Source: an uncultured Eubacteriales bacterium (lineage in GTDB: Bacteria > Bacillota > Clostridia > Oscillospirales > CAG-272). From it: DNA of 64,000 nt. The notes beneath the pieces were generated by a model. It did not search any database. It saw nothing but the letters and a program-made list of their open reading frames with translations, and was not told the origin of the DNA. Position numbers and translations under genes: made by a program. Where the stretch lies: contig UQNQ01000002.1 of the NCBI GenBank assembly GCA_900542425.1, positions 44,843 through 108,842 of the forward strand, read 5' to 3'. Below are positions 21,778-30,336 of the stretch, piece by piece (positions within the stretch are counted from its first letter, which is position 1; each line of letters begins with the position of its first letter).

Positions 21778-21806
21778 AGTATAATACGAAAATTTCCGTT
21801 TGTCAA
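21778..21806 (-). promoter_or_regulatory. sigma-A promoter of the infC operon
   Basis: The minus strand reads TTGACA (21806..21801), a 17-nt spacer, then TATACT (21783..21778). Confidence 0.5.
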
Positions 21807-22085
21807 GTATTTTTTTATTTTTTCCCTTTCGATATCCATGCTCATCATGCCTTGCTTTGAAAATCTCATATCAAACTGCAAGAAACACCTTAAAGTGAAG
21901 AGCTGTTCTTTATTTTTGTCTGCCCACTTTTCAGATAATTTTTAAATATTGGTTTATTTTTATAAAAGAGCCTGCATCCCCTTAAAAACCATTTTATTTT
22001 TTCAATGGTGCTGCATTTGTCTGCGGCTTTCGCCATCTGTTTTCCTAGTCAAACAAGCGGATGCTATACGCACCCGCTTGCTTTT

Positions 22086-22715
22086 TTATTTCGTTCCGAA
22101 AAGGCGGTCTCCCGCATCGCCGAGTCCTGGCAGGATATACGCATGCTCATTCAGTTTCTCATCCACTGCCGCAACATAGATATCAACATCGGGGTGTGCG
22201 TTTTGGACTGCCGCAATCCCCTCAGGAGCCGCAACAAGACACATCAGGCGCAGATTCGTACAGCCTCTTTCCTTCAGCTTAGTCAAAGCATCTGACGCAC
22301 TTCCGCCGGTGGCAAGCATCGGATCGACGACAATAACGATACGTTCTGAGATATCCATCGGAAGCTTACAATAATATTCAATCGGCAAATGCGTTTCCGG
22401 ATCGCGGTAAAGTCCGATATGCCCTACCTTCGCCACGGGAACAAGCTCAAGCAGACCGTCCACCATGCCAAGACCCGCACGCAGAATCGGGACAATCGCC
22501 AGTTTTTTGCCGGAAATCACCTTGCCGGTCATTTTCTGAAGCGGTGTTTCAATCTCCACGTCCTCAAGAGGAAGATCGCGCGTAACTTCATAACCCATCA
22601 GCATCGCAATCTCATCAAGAAGCTCGCGGAAATCCTTCGAACCGGTTTCCTTTCTTCTCATATACGTCAGTTTATGCGCAATCAACGGATGATCAATTAC
22701 ATGCAGTTTGCTCAT
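22086..22715 (-). CDS. upp: uracil phosphoribosyltransferase
   Basis: 209 aa from [11 protein letters not shown], with the PRPP-binding loop [13 protein letters not shown]. Confidence 0.95.
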   Translation of the reverse strand: MSKLHVIDHPLIAHKLTYMRRKETGSKDFRELLDEIAMLMGYEVTRDLPLEDVEIETPLQKMTGKVISGKKLAIVPILRAGLGMVDGLLELVPVAKVGHIGLYRDPETHLPIEYYCKLPMDISERIVIVVDPMLATGGSASDALTKLKERGCTNLRLMCLVAAPEGIAAVQNAHPDVDIYVAAVDEKLNEHAYILPGLGDAGDRLFGTK

Positions 22716-22806
22716 TTTGATTCTCCTTTTCGATTTTATTTCCGCAAAGTATTGTATCACAGAATCCAACCCATTTCAATGGGAAAAGCAATGATTTCGC
22801 ATAATT

Positions 22807-23784
22807 TTACATTTTTCCGAACCCCGCCGCGCGAACAAACGGGATTTTTCCCGGATCAAGGGCAAAGGTACGTCCTTCAAGATAGGAAAGAGAGGACGGC
22901 TCGTCCTTCTCGAACCGAAGCTTCCATGCACACAGCGCCTGACGATATATCCCTGACTCTCTGTCATGCTTGTTGTTCGCATACTTGCCGTCTCCCACAA
23001 GCGGATGACCAATGCTCGCCATGTGCGCGCGGATTTGATGTGTCCGTCCTGTTACAAGTTCTACTTCCAACAATGCTTTTCCTTCATGCACGGAAACAAC
23101 GCGGTATTTTGTAATGATTTTTTTGCACTCGTCCCCTGCACCGCGCGGCGGACGGTCATAAACCGCAACTTTATTTTCAGCCTGATTTTTCACAAGGAAA
23201 CCCTCAAGTGTCTCCTCACGCGGCTCAGGAATTCCGTGAACAAGGCAAAGATAATATTTGGAAATGGTTCGGTTTTTGATTTTCTCGTTGAGGATGCGGA
23301 GCGCCTCGGCGTTTTTTGCCGCAAGCACAAGACCGGAAGTATTCCGGTCAATACGATTGCAAAGAGCCGGAGAAAAAGAATGCTCCTCCTCGGGACGGTA
23401 TTCTCCCTTTCCGAAAAGATATGCTTTTATCTGCTCGATAAGCGTATTGCGCTGTCCCTCTTTGTCGCCGTGAGAAAGCATCCCAACCGGTTTGTTACAG
23501 ACAATCAGGTTTTCGTCCTCATACACAATATCAAAGGCAGGCTTGATATGTTGAAAAAGCGTCTCTGACTGTTTTCTCTCCAAAAACTCAGGAGACAGGA
23601 ACAGCTCGACGGTATCCCCCGCTGCAAGCATCTGTCCCGCCTGCGCGCGCTTGCGATTTACCTTGATTTTTTTGATGCGGATAAACTTATACATCAAGGT
23701 TTTCGGCAGATTTCGGAATGTTTTCGCAAGGAATTTATCCAGCCTCTGCCCTGCATCGTTTTCTCCGAGCACAATCTTTTCCAT
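22807..23784 (-). CDS. RluA-family 23S rRNA pseudouridine synthase (S4 domain + catalytic domain)
   Basis: N-terminal S4-like domain (QRLDKFL), catalytic motif NRIDRNTSGLVL, and C-terminal HQIRAH. Confidence 0.9.
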   Translation of the reverse strand: MEKIVLGENDAGQRLDKFLAKTFRNLPKTLMYKFIRIKKIKVNRKRAQAGQMLAAGDTVELFLSPEFLERKQSETLFQHIKPAFDIVYEDENLIVCNKPVGMLSHGDKEGQRNTLIEQIKAYLFGKGEYRPEEEHSFSPALCNRIDRNTSGLVLAAKNAEALRILNEKIKNRTISKYYLCLVHGIPEPREETLEGFLVKNQAENKVAVYDRPPRGAGDECKKIITKYRVVSVHEGKALLEVELVTGRTHQIRAHMASIGHPLVGDGKYANNKHDRESGIYRQALCAWKLRFEKDEPSSLSYLEGRTFALDPGKIPFVRAAGFGKM

Positions 23785-23799
23785 CAGCCTCTCCTTCCT

Positions 23800-25116
23800 T
23801 TATAAAATCGGCTGTGCCGTAAGACGGATCCCATCAAAATCAGTAAGCTTGACAGGAAGGATTCTTCCGGCAATCGGTTCATCGCTTCTCATTTTCACCT
23901 CAAGCATATCTTCGGAATGTCCAACATAAAAATCTCCGTCTTTTGTTTCAAAAAGCACATTCCGAATCTCTCCCAATGCCTTCTCATAGATAGTAGCGGA
24001 TATTTTCTCTCCGAGTGATTTCAGCCGATGCAGCCGCTCTTGCTTGAGGGATTCCGGTATCTGCCGCGCCATATCCGCCGCCGGCGTTCCTTCCCTTGCA
24101 GAAAACGGAAATATATGCATATGCAGAAAACCTATTTTTTCCGCAATGTCCATCGTAGCAAGAAAATCTTCCTCTGTCTCCCCTGGGAAACCGACAATGA
24201 TATCGCATGTAAAGGTAACCTCCGGCATGACCGAACGCAGATATGCCGTGTTTTCTATCACCCGTTCCCGGGAATAGCGGCGCTTCATTGCCGCAAGCAC
24301 GGCGTTGCTTCCGCTCTGAAGAGAGAGATGAAAGCTCGGCATAATATGCGGCCGCGCGGCAATTTCGTCACAGAACGGCTTCGTTAGGACAGACGGATCC
24401 AGTGAGCCTGTCCGAACACGGCGAATCCCATCTATGTGAGCGACCTCCGCCATGAGTCTCGAAAGCGGATATCCACCGATATCTTTCCCGTAAGACGCCG
24501 TTTCAATCCCTGTCAGAATCACCTCAGAACAGCCATCCGACGCAAGCATACGAACCTGTGCCAAAACCTCCTCCGGCAGGCGCGAAACAACACCGCCGCG
24601 TGCTTTTCGGATAATACAATACGTACAATGATTATCACATCCGTCTTCGATTTTGACATAAGCACGTGCGCGCCGCGCATGAGGAAGCGTCAGCTTTTCC
24701 AGCGGAGCCTCCAAAAGGCCGGAAACAGCGCAGATGGCACTTCCTTTTTTCACACCATCCTTCACAAGCCGGGCGGCATACTCTGCGACCGTACCTTTGT
24801 TGCGGTTCCCGCAAATATAATCCACACCGGAAATCCTTGAAACCTCTTCCGCTTTCAACTGAGAAAAGCAACCCGTGACAAGCACAAATCCTGACGGATT
24901 CCTTGAGATAGCCCGCCGAATCATCTGACGGGATTTTCGCTCGGATTCCCCTGTCACAGCACAGGTATTGATAATATAAACGTCGCATACCTCGGAAAAA
25001 TCCGCAAGCTCAAAGCCCAAAGCCTCAAGCTTCGCCTCAATTGCCTCAGATTCATATTGATTCACCCGGCATCCAAGCGTAAGCACCGCCGCGCGCGGAC
25101 GTGTCGATTCCGTCAT
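23800..25116 (-). CDS. mtaB: tRNA methylthiotransferase, MtaB-like (radical SAM)
   Basis: UPF0004 N-domain, radical-SAM CDNHCTYC cluster motif, and a TRAM-like C-terminus. At 438 aa its size fits MtaB rather than MiaB. Confidence 0.8.
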   Translation of the reverse strand: MTESTRPRAAVLTLGCRVNQYESEAIEAKLEALGFELADFSEVCDVYIINTCAVTGESERKSRQMIRRAISRNPSGFVLVTGCFSQLKAEEVSRISGVDYICGNRNKGTVAEYAARLVKDGVKKGSAICAVSGLLEAPLEKLTLPHARRARAYVKIEDGCDNHCTYCIIRKARGGVVSRLPEEVLAQVRMLASDGCSEVILTGIETASYGKDIGGYPLSRLMAEVAHIDGIRRVRTGSLDPSVLTKPFCDEIAARPHIMPSFHLSLQSGSNAVLAAMKRRYSRERVIENTAYLRSVMPEVTFTCDIIVGFPGETEEDFLATMDIAEKIGFLHMHIFPFSAREGTPAADMARQIPESLKQERLHRLKSLGEKISATIYEKALGEIRNVLFETKDGDFYVGHSEDMLEVKMRSDEPIAGRILPVKLTDFDGIRLTAQPIL

Positions 25117-25134
25117 ATCCTTTTCCCCTTATGG

Positions 25135-25578
25135 TTACAGCTTTCTTTTCAGTAAAATCATATCCCGCAGCTTTACACCGTCTTCTATGATTTCATGGTC
25201 ATAATGTTCACAAAAAAAATCTGGAATTCTCGCGTATTCCTCAAAACCACATTTCCGGTAAAAGCCCATCGTAGCAGGAGCTTCCCCCGTCCCGACAATC
25301 AGCTCCTCATACTGTCCGCTATAGCGTTCACAGACGAATTCCACAATTTTTCTGCCAAAGCCCCTGCGCTGCAAGGCAGGTACAACCGCAAGATTTTTTA
25401 ATTCGCATTCGTTTTTGCCCGCCGCTACAACACATTCTCCGACAATCCTGCCGTTTTCCGTGAAAACATACATTTCCCCGGTCCCAAGATACCGATCGAT
25501 CATTTCCTCCGATTCGTCGGCAAGGAGCAGCAAAGATAAATATTCTTTTTTATGATCATCAATCTTCATGGCAGTCAT
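25135..25578 (-). CDS. GNAT family N-acetyltransferase
   Basis: 147 aa with the acetyl-CoA binding motif LQRRGFGRKI. Confidence 0.8.
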   Translation of the reverse strand: MTAMKIDDHKKEYLSLLLLADESEEMIDRYLGTGEMYVFTENGRIVGECVVAAGKNECELKNLAVVPALQRRGFGRKIVEFVCERYSGQYEELIVGTGEAPATMGFYRKCGFEEYARIPDFFCEHYDHEIIEDGVKLRDMILLKRKL

Positions 25579-25832
25579 ATCAAAACAATCCTTTTTTCAC
25601 GGGAAAAACGGCAAGGCAATGCCGTTACGCACATCACTCGCCCGTATCGTTTTCCAAACCCAAGTCGTTCTTAAAAAGAGAACGAATCCTGTTAATATAT
25701 CACGCACCCTGCCCATAAACATACCTGCAGATTCATCCGTATCAACCGGAACAATTTTATCGCTTTATCGCGTATTTTCATCTTTATCCTATTGCATAAA
25801 GTTCGCTGATTTTTATATCAGCAGCCAAGCAA

Positions 25833-25860
25833 AATGGGATGGAATTTCTTCCATCCCATT
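25833..25860 (-). terminator. intrinsic terminator after the DD-carboxypeptidase gene
   Basis: 12-bp stem AATGGGATGGAA / TTCCATCCCATT with a 4-nt loop, followed on the minus strand by TTTTGC. Confidence 0.6.
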
Positions 25861-25888
25861 ATAACATTTGGCAGGACAAAAAGCAAGA

Positions 25889-27187
25889 TTATTTCGAAGG
25901 AGAACAAAGGAACCATTGGAAAAGACGCGGGAACAGCGTGGAAAATCCGATTTTATCCACCGTCTCATCCGCAAGAATATCCGATGTTCCGATCTCCTCA
26001 CCATTCAAAAGATAGGTTACCGTTCCGATTTTTTCTCCCTTGACAATCGGAGCTGCAAGTTTTTCCGGAAGATCGATCTGTTCCTCAATTTTGCTCTCAG
26101 AGCCTTTCTCTACTGTCTCAGAAAATGTTTCATGCACAGTTCTCAGCGTATTTTGAACGCCTCCCGTCACCCGAACCGTTTCGCACTCTTCGCTTTCATC
26201 TGTATAATTTGCATAATTGGCAAATCCGAAATCAAAGAGAGAAGCAGCAAGCGCATTGCGTACATCCCTTGTCGGAGACCCCATGATAACAGCAATAAGA
26301 GACAGTCCGTCACGTTCGGCTGTCGCAGATATACAGAACTTTGCTTTTGCCGTCGAACCGGTTTTGAGTCCTGTCGCACCCTTATAGAAGCGGATCAGAC
26401 GATTGGTATTTGTAAGGCCGAATGCACCGTCCCGAATGGTATCCATCCAAATCGTGCTGTAATTGAACACTTCCTCATGCTGAATAAGCTCCCGTGTCAT
26501 GATAGCAATATCGCGCGCGCTGGTAACATGGTTTTCCGCTGTGTCGTCAAGACCGTTTGTATTTTCAAAATGGGTGTTTTTCATGCCAAGTTCGGCAGCA
26601 CGCGCATTCATTTTTGCCACAAACGCCTCTTCGCTGCCGCTGATATACTCTGCAAGTGCCACAGCTGCATCGTTCGCGGAAGCAACGATAAGACTCTTCA
26701 ACAGATCGTCAACACTCATTTCTTCCCCGACCTTAAGATAAATCTGAGAGCCTCCCATGCTTGCTGCATGCTCGCTTGCCTGAACCATATCGGACAGCTT
26801 GATGGTTCCGGCATCAAGCGCCTCAAAAACCAGCAGCATCGTCATGACCTTGGTAACGGATGCGGGCGGAAGCGCCTCATCCGCATTTTTTTCGAATAAG
26901 ATTCTCCCGGTTTTTGCATCCATTAGAATGCAGGAAACGGCATCCGCCTCCGCCGTGTATTCCGGCGCTGCCAAAATGCCGAACGGAACGGATAAAATGA
27001 CAAACAGCGCCGCCAAAACGGCACAAAAAAATCTTGATTTTCTCACAATAACCTCCCACGCCGCCATAAGCGGCAACGAACTTCCGGACGAACGGGTTTC
27101 CTCTTCTTGTAATACGTCCGGTTCATTCATATGCACGGAAACACAAAAATATGCCCCGGCAAAAGCCGAGGCATATTTTTTCTTCAT
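25889..27187 (-). CDS. D-alanyl-D-alanine carboxypeptidase (S11, PBP5/DacB-like)
   Basis: SVTK (SxxK), SAN (SxN) and KTGST (KTG) motifs, a signal/anchor region, and a PBP5 C-terminal domain. Confidence 0.85.
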   Translation of the reverse strand: MKKKYASAFAGAYFCVSVHMNEPDVLQEEETRSSGSSLPLMAAWEVIVRKSRFFCAVLAALFVILSVPFGILAAPEYTAEADAVSCILMDAKTGRILFEKNADEALPPASVTKVMTMLLVFEALDAGTIKLSDMVQASEHAASMGGSQIYLKVGEEMSVDDLLKSLIVASANDAAVALAEYISGSEEAFVAKMNARAAELGMKNTHFENTNGLDDTAENHVTSARDIAIMTRELIQHEEVFNYSTIWMDTIRDGAFGLTNTNRLIRFYKGATGLKTGSTAKAKFCISATAERDGLSLIAVIMGSPTRDVRNALAASLFDFGFANYANYTDESEECETVRVTGGVQNTLRTVHETFSETVEKGSESKIEEQIDLPEKLAAPIVKGEKIGTVTYLLNGEEIGTSDILADETVDKIGFSTLFPRLFQWFLCSPSK

Positions 27188-27192
27188 TCTGA

Positions 27193-27429
27193 TTAGTCAA
27201 CAATATATTCTTTGAGACTTTCAAGAAGCTTATCGCAGTCATCGCAATGCGCAGTAAGGGTAATGGGATTCATCAAATCCAGGCTGAAAATACCCATAAT
27301 CGATTTTGCATCCACAATATATCTTCCGCTGGAAAGATCAATATCCCCTTCAAACTTACGTACAATCTCTACAAAATTGCGAACAGCTTCTATGGAAGAA
27401 AGACGGATTTTAACAGTTTTCATATTCAC
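27193..27429 (-). CDS. HPr-fold protein lacking the His15 phosphorylation site
   Basis: 78 aa. The VDAKSIMGI segment matches the HPr Ser46 region, but the GLHARPA His15 loop is replaced by SSIEAVRNF. Confidence 0.65.
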   Translation of the reverse strand: MNMKTVKIRLSSIEAVRNFVEIVRKFEGDIDLSSGRYIVDAKSIMGIFSLDLMNPITLTAHCDDCDKLLESLKEYIVD

Positions 27430-27701
27430 ATTCTCCTTTTTAATTGGTTATTTCTATTCTTTTTAACAAATATATCATACCAACATTCTTTGCCGTTGTC
27501 AATATCAAAGCCGAATTTTCCTCTTCATTTTAACGTGCATTTCCTCCCGATATCGACATAAAATACATTTTTTCCACGGAAAATACTTTCCCCTTTCCAT
27601 TTCTAAAGGAGGGCATTTCTCCTCCGAAAAGCAAAAGGAATTTGTTCTCTCCTTTTAAAAAAAGAGGAAGCTTGTCGACTTCCTCTCATCGGATTTCTCT
27701 G

Positions 27702-28220
27702 TCAATTCAACAAAAACAGCGCAAAAGTATAATAAAGAATATACAGCATCCATGCGGCAAAAGCGAGAATCCCCCACGAGGCGAGCTTTGAGATGCGGCA
27801 AAACATAGAAAAAAGAACTGCCAGACAGATAATGATGACAACGGCAAGCAGTGTGGCAAGGAAAAAGCTCGCAGCCTTATAGACAACAGGAATCCATACA
27901 TAACACAGCACAAGTGTGCAGGCGGCAAGAATTGCCGCATGCTTTTTTGCTTGTTGTGACCGATAATGCGGTGCGGACAACGCAATCGCTGTACAGGCTC
28001 CGAAAACAGCATAGGCAATCATCCAAAAAAGCACCATAAAAAACGCAGGCAACCCGCATTTGGGCTGATAAGTGTACCAATAAACATATTGACTGACTCC
28101 GCTTATCGCAAATAAAATACCGAGCAGCACACAGACACCCGCCATAACCAAAACCAATGTAGTATTGACGCACGAAAGCTCCGCGCGCAGTTGTCTTTTG
28201 AAATTTCCTGTCCCCTTCAT
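27702..28220 (-). CDS. 5-TM membrane protein, TspO/MBR-like
   Basis: 172 aa with five hydrophobic helices. The C-terminal stretch SKLASWGILAFAAWMLYILYYTF resembles the TspO C-terminus by eye only. Confidence 0.4.
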   Translation of the reverse strand: MKGTGNFKRQLRAELSCVNTTLVLVMAGVCVLLGILFAISGVSQYVYWYTYQPKCGLPAFFMVLFWMIAYAVFGACTAIALSAPHYRSQQAKKHAAILAACTLVLCYVWIPVVYKAASFFLATLLAVVIIICLAVLFSMFCRISKLASWGILAFAAWMLYILYYTFALFLLN

Positions 28221-28354
28221 AAATTCATTCCTCCGTCTACAGAACTGTTTTTCATCCTATGCGGGAATGAAAGAAAATATGATTTTTTGTCGTTTCACTG
28301 CGCTGATTTATTCTGAAAAGCCGTGATTTTATCCAAAACCATGATAAAATGTTC

Positions 28355-28395
28355 TTACGAGAAAGCGGCATGATGATCATGCCGCTTTCTCGTAA
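28355..28395. repeat. 41-bp perfect palindrome (20-bp arms) downstream of spoVFB
   Basis: TTACGAGAAAGCGGCATGAT g ATCATGCCGCTTTCTCGTAA, located 59 nt after the dpaB stop. It probably acts as the operon terminator, although the U-tract is weak. Confidence 0.85.
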
Positions 28396-28453
28396 AAAGT
28401 ATGATAAAATTCTTCCTGCATCCTGCGTCTCAAAAAAATGGCGGTATGTTCTG

Positions 28454-29011
28454 TCAGAAAACCGGAGCAAGCTGTCTGCCCGCAAAGGCGGATACCATTG
28501 TGCTTTTCAGCATATCGAAATCGCATACGAGCGAATATGGCTTATTTTCCGGATCGTCCTGTGCCATCGGAACAAAATAAATATTTTTCCGGGACATCAA
28601 AAGTCCGATATTTTTCAGATTTGCGGAAAGTCCGTCGTTGGTGGCAAGCGCAATGACCACCGGACGGTCGCGGCGCAGCTGTGCTTTTGCTGCCATCGTG
28701 ACCGGCGTATCCGTAATACCGGCAGCCAGCTTGGCAAGTGTATTGCCTGTACAGGGAGAAATCACCAGCATATCCAGAGCAATTTTAGGTCCGATCGGTT
28801 CCGCGTCGACAATGGTATGAATCACCGGAGTGCCGCAGATTTCCTCAACAGTGCGGATGGTGTCCTCGGCACGTCCGAATCGCGTATCTGTCGTATAGAC
28901 ACTGTCGCTCATAATCGGAAGGATCTTATTCCCTTCCGCAGCAAGTGAACGCAGGATTTTAATAGATTTGGAAATGGTGCAGAAAGAACCGCAGAAACAA
29001 TATCCTATCAT
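28454..29011 (-). CDS. spoVFB: dipicolinate synthase subunit B
   Basis: 185-aa flavoprotein-fold protein (MIGYCFCGSFCT...) located directly after subunit A. Confidence 0.9.
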   Translation of the reverse strand: MIGYCFCGSFCTISKSIKILRSLAAEGNKILPIMSDSVYTTDTRFGRAEDTIRTVEEICGTPVIHTIVDAEPIGPKIALDMLVISPCTGNTLAKLAAGITDTPVTMAAKAQLRRDRPVVIALATNDGLSANLKNIGLLMSRKNIYFVPMAQDDPENKPYSLVCDFDMLKSTMVSAFAGRQLAPVF

Positions 29012-29013
29012 TT

Positions 29014-29874
29014 TTATATAACTCCTTTTTCACACAGTATATTTAATATTGTCTCAGAAATAATTTTTCCCGCCGTATCGGGAGATGACTTGCCGGGAAG
29101 TGACAGCGCGGGAATTGCCCGGATACCAAGACGTTCCGCCGTACCGAATTCTACTCCGCCCGGCTTTGATGCAAGATCGATAATCAGCGTATCCTGTCTC
29201 ATTTTCCCAAGGACAGCGGCATCAATGACAAGAGAGGGTACCGTGTTGATGATACAGTCAAAGGTATGTGCCGTCTCACGGAGACGGTCAAAACGTTCCG
29301 GATGGCAGCCGTAAGCTTCTGCCCATGCGAGAGCAGCAAAACTGCGTGCAAACACCGTAACCTGCGCGCCGACAGCACGGAAAAGTGCGCTGACGGTTTT
29401 TCCGATTCTGCCGAAGCCGGCAACGCCGACGCGCATCCCATGTACGGTAATCGGCAACTCTGACATAGCGATAGCAAGTGCGCCCTCTGCTGTCGGAATG
29501 GCATTCAGAACAGAGAATTCCTCTCTGTCATAGTAATCCACAACGCGCCTGTCTTCTATATTCGGCGCCATTCCCGCGAAAAGAATCGCTTCTTTCTCCG
29601 CCATGGAAAGAACGTCCGAAACTCGGATTTCTTCTCCTGTTAGTGGGCAGTTCAGTCTTGTCCCATCATAGCTGTACGGAAGCGGAAGCAAAACGCATTC
29701 CGCGTTTGCAAGCGCATCCGAAAGGGAGGACGCCTTCGTAATATTGCCATAATTTCCGTCATATACATCGAAGCCCCAGATCACAACTTCATGTCCATGC
29801 GCCGCAAGTTCACGGGCCGCTACAAGCTGCCGCATGTCTCCTCCCACAACGGCAAGCTTTGAAATTTTCTTCAA
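29014..29874 (-). CDS. spoVFA: dipicolinate synthase subunit A
   Basis: KLAVVGGDMRQ opening and the NAD-binding VGVAGFGRIGK motif. The start is taken at a TTG 6 nt after AGGAAGGAA; the ORF track extends to a GTG at 29913 that has no RBS. Confidence 0.85.
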   Translation of the reverse strand: MKKISKLAVVGGDMRQLVAARELAAHGHEVVIWGFDVYDGNYGNITKASSLSDALANAECVLLPLPYSYDGTRLNCPLTGEEIRVSDVLSMAEKEAILFAGMAPNIEDRRVVDYYDREEFSVLNAIPTAEGALAIAMSELPITVHGMRVGVAGFGRIGKTVSALFRAVGAQVTVFARSFAALAWAEAYGCHPERFDRLRETAHTFDCIINTVPSLVIDAAVLGKMRQDTLIIDLASKPGGVEFGTAERLGIRAIPALSLPGKSSPDTAGKIISETILNILCEKGVI

Positions 29875-30240
29875 AATGATTTCCTTCCTTTCTCTTGACA
29901 AAGCGGATATCACAAAGTATGTACATCCGCCGGCGATTATTCGCTCACTTTATTGTATGCGCGGAAAATACAAATGACAAAAGGCACAGGAATGATTTTT
30001 GGCAGCAGCTCTTTTTCCAGACAAGGCGCCCCCTTGTTTGTCTATTGTAATCATTTGTCCAGTATGATAAAAAGAACGGAAGCATAAGTACCAAATCATA
30101 ATCACCGACATATCAGGGGACTCGGCTGTCACATTTGGTAAAGTCGAAAATCTGCCCCATCCCATATAGATATCCCTGTCCACAGCCTCAAACACGGATG
30201 TTTTTGGAACCGCACGATGACTGCGTGGCATTCATGATAC

Positions 30241-30275
30241 AAAAAGCGGCGGATGCTTTGATAAAGCATCCGCCG
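30241..30275 (-). terminator. intrinsic terminator after the ABC operon
   Basis: 13-bp stem CGGCGGATGCTTT / AAAGCATCCGCCG with a 3-nt loop and a T5 run on the minus strand. A second hairpin lies just before it at 30283..30318. Confidence 0.8.
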
Positions 30276-30336
30276 AAAAGCATGGAAAGCCCGAACAGAA
30301 TCCTGTCCGGGCTTTCCATATTTCATCATCGTATCT

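Noticed and set aside
28252-28948. ORFs 28252..28485 (-) and 28349..28948 (+) near and over spoVFB
   Set aside because: Their N-termini are mirror images generated by the 41-bp palindrome, and the plus-strand ORF is antisense to spoVFB.
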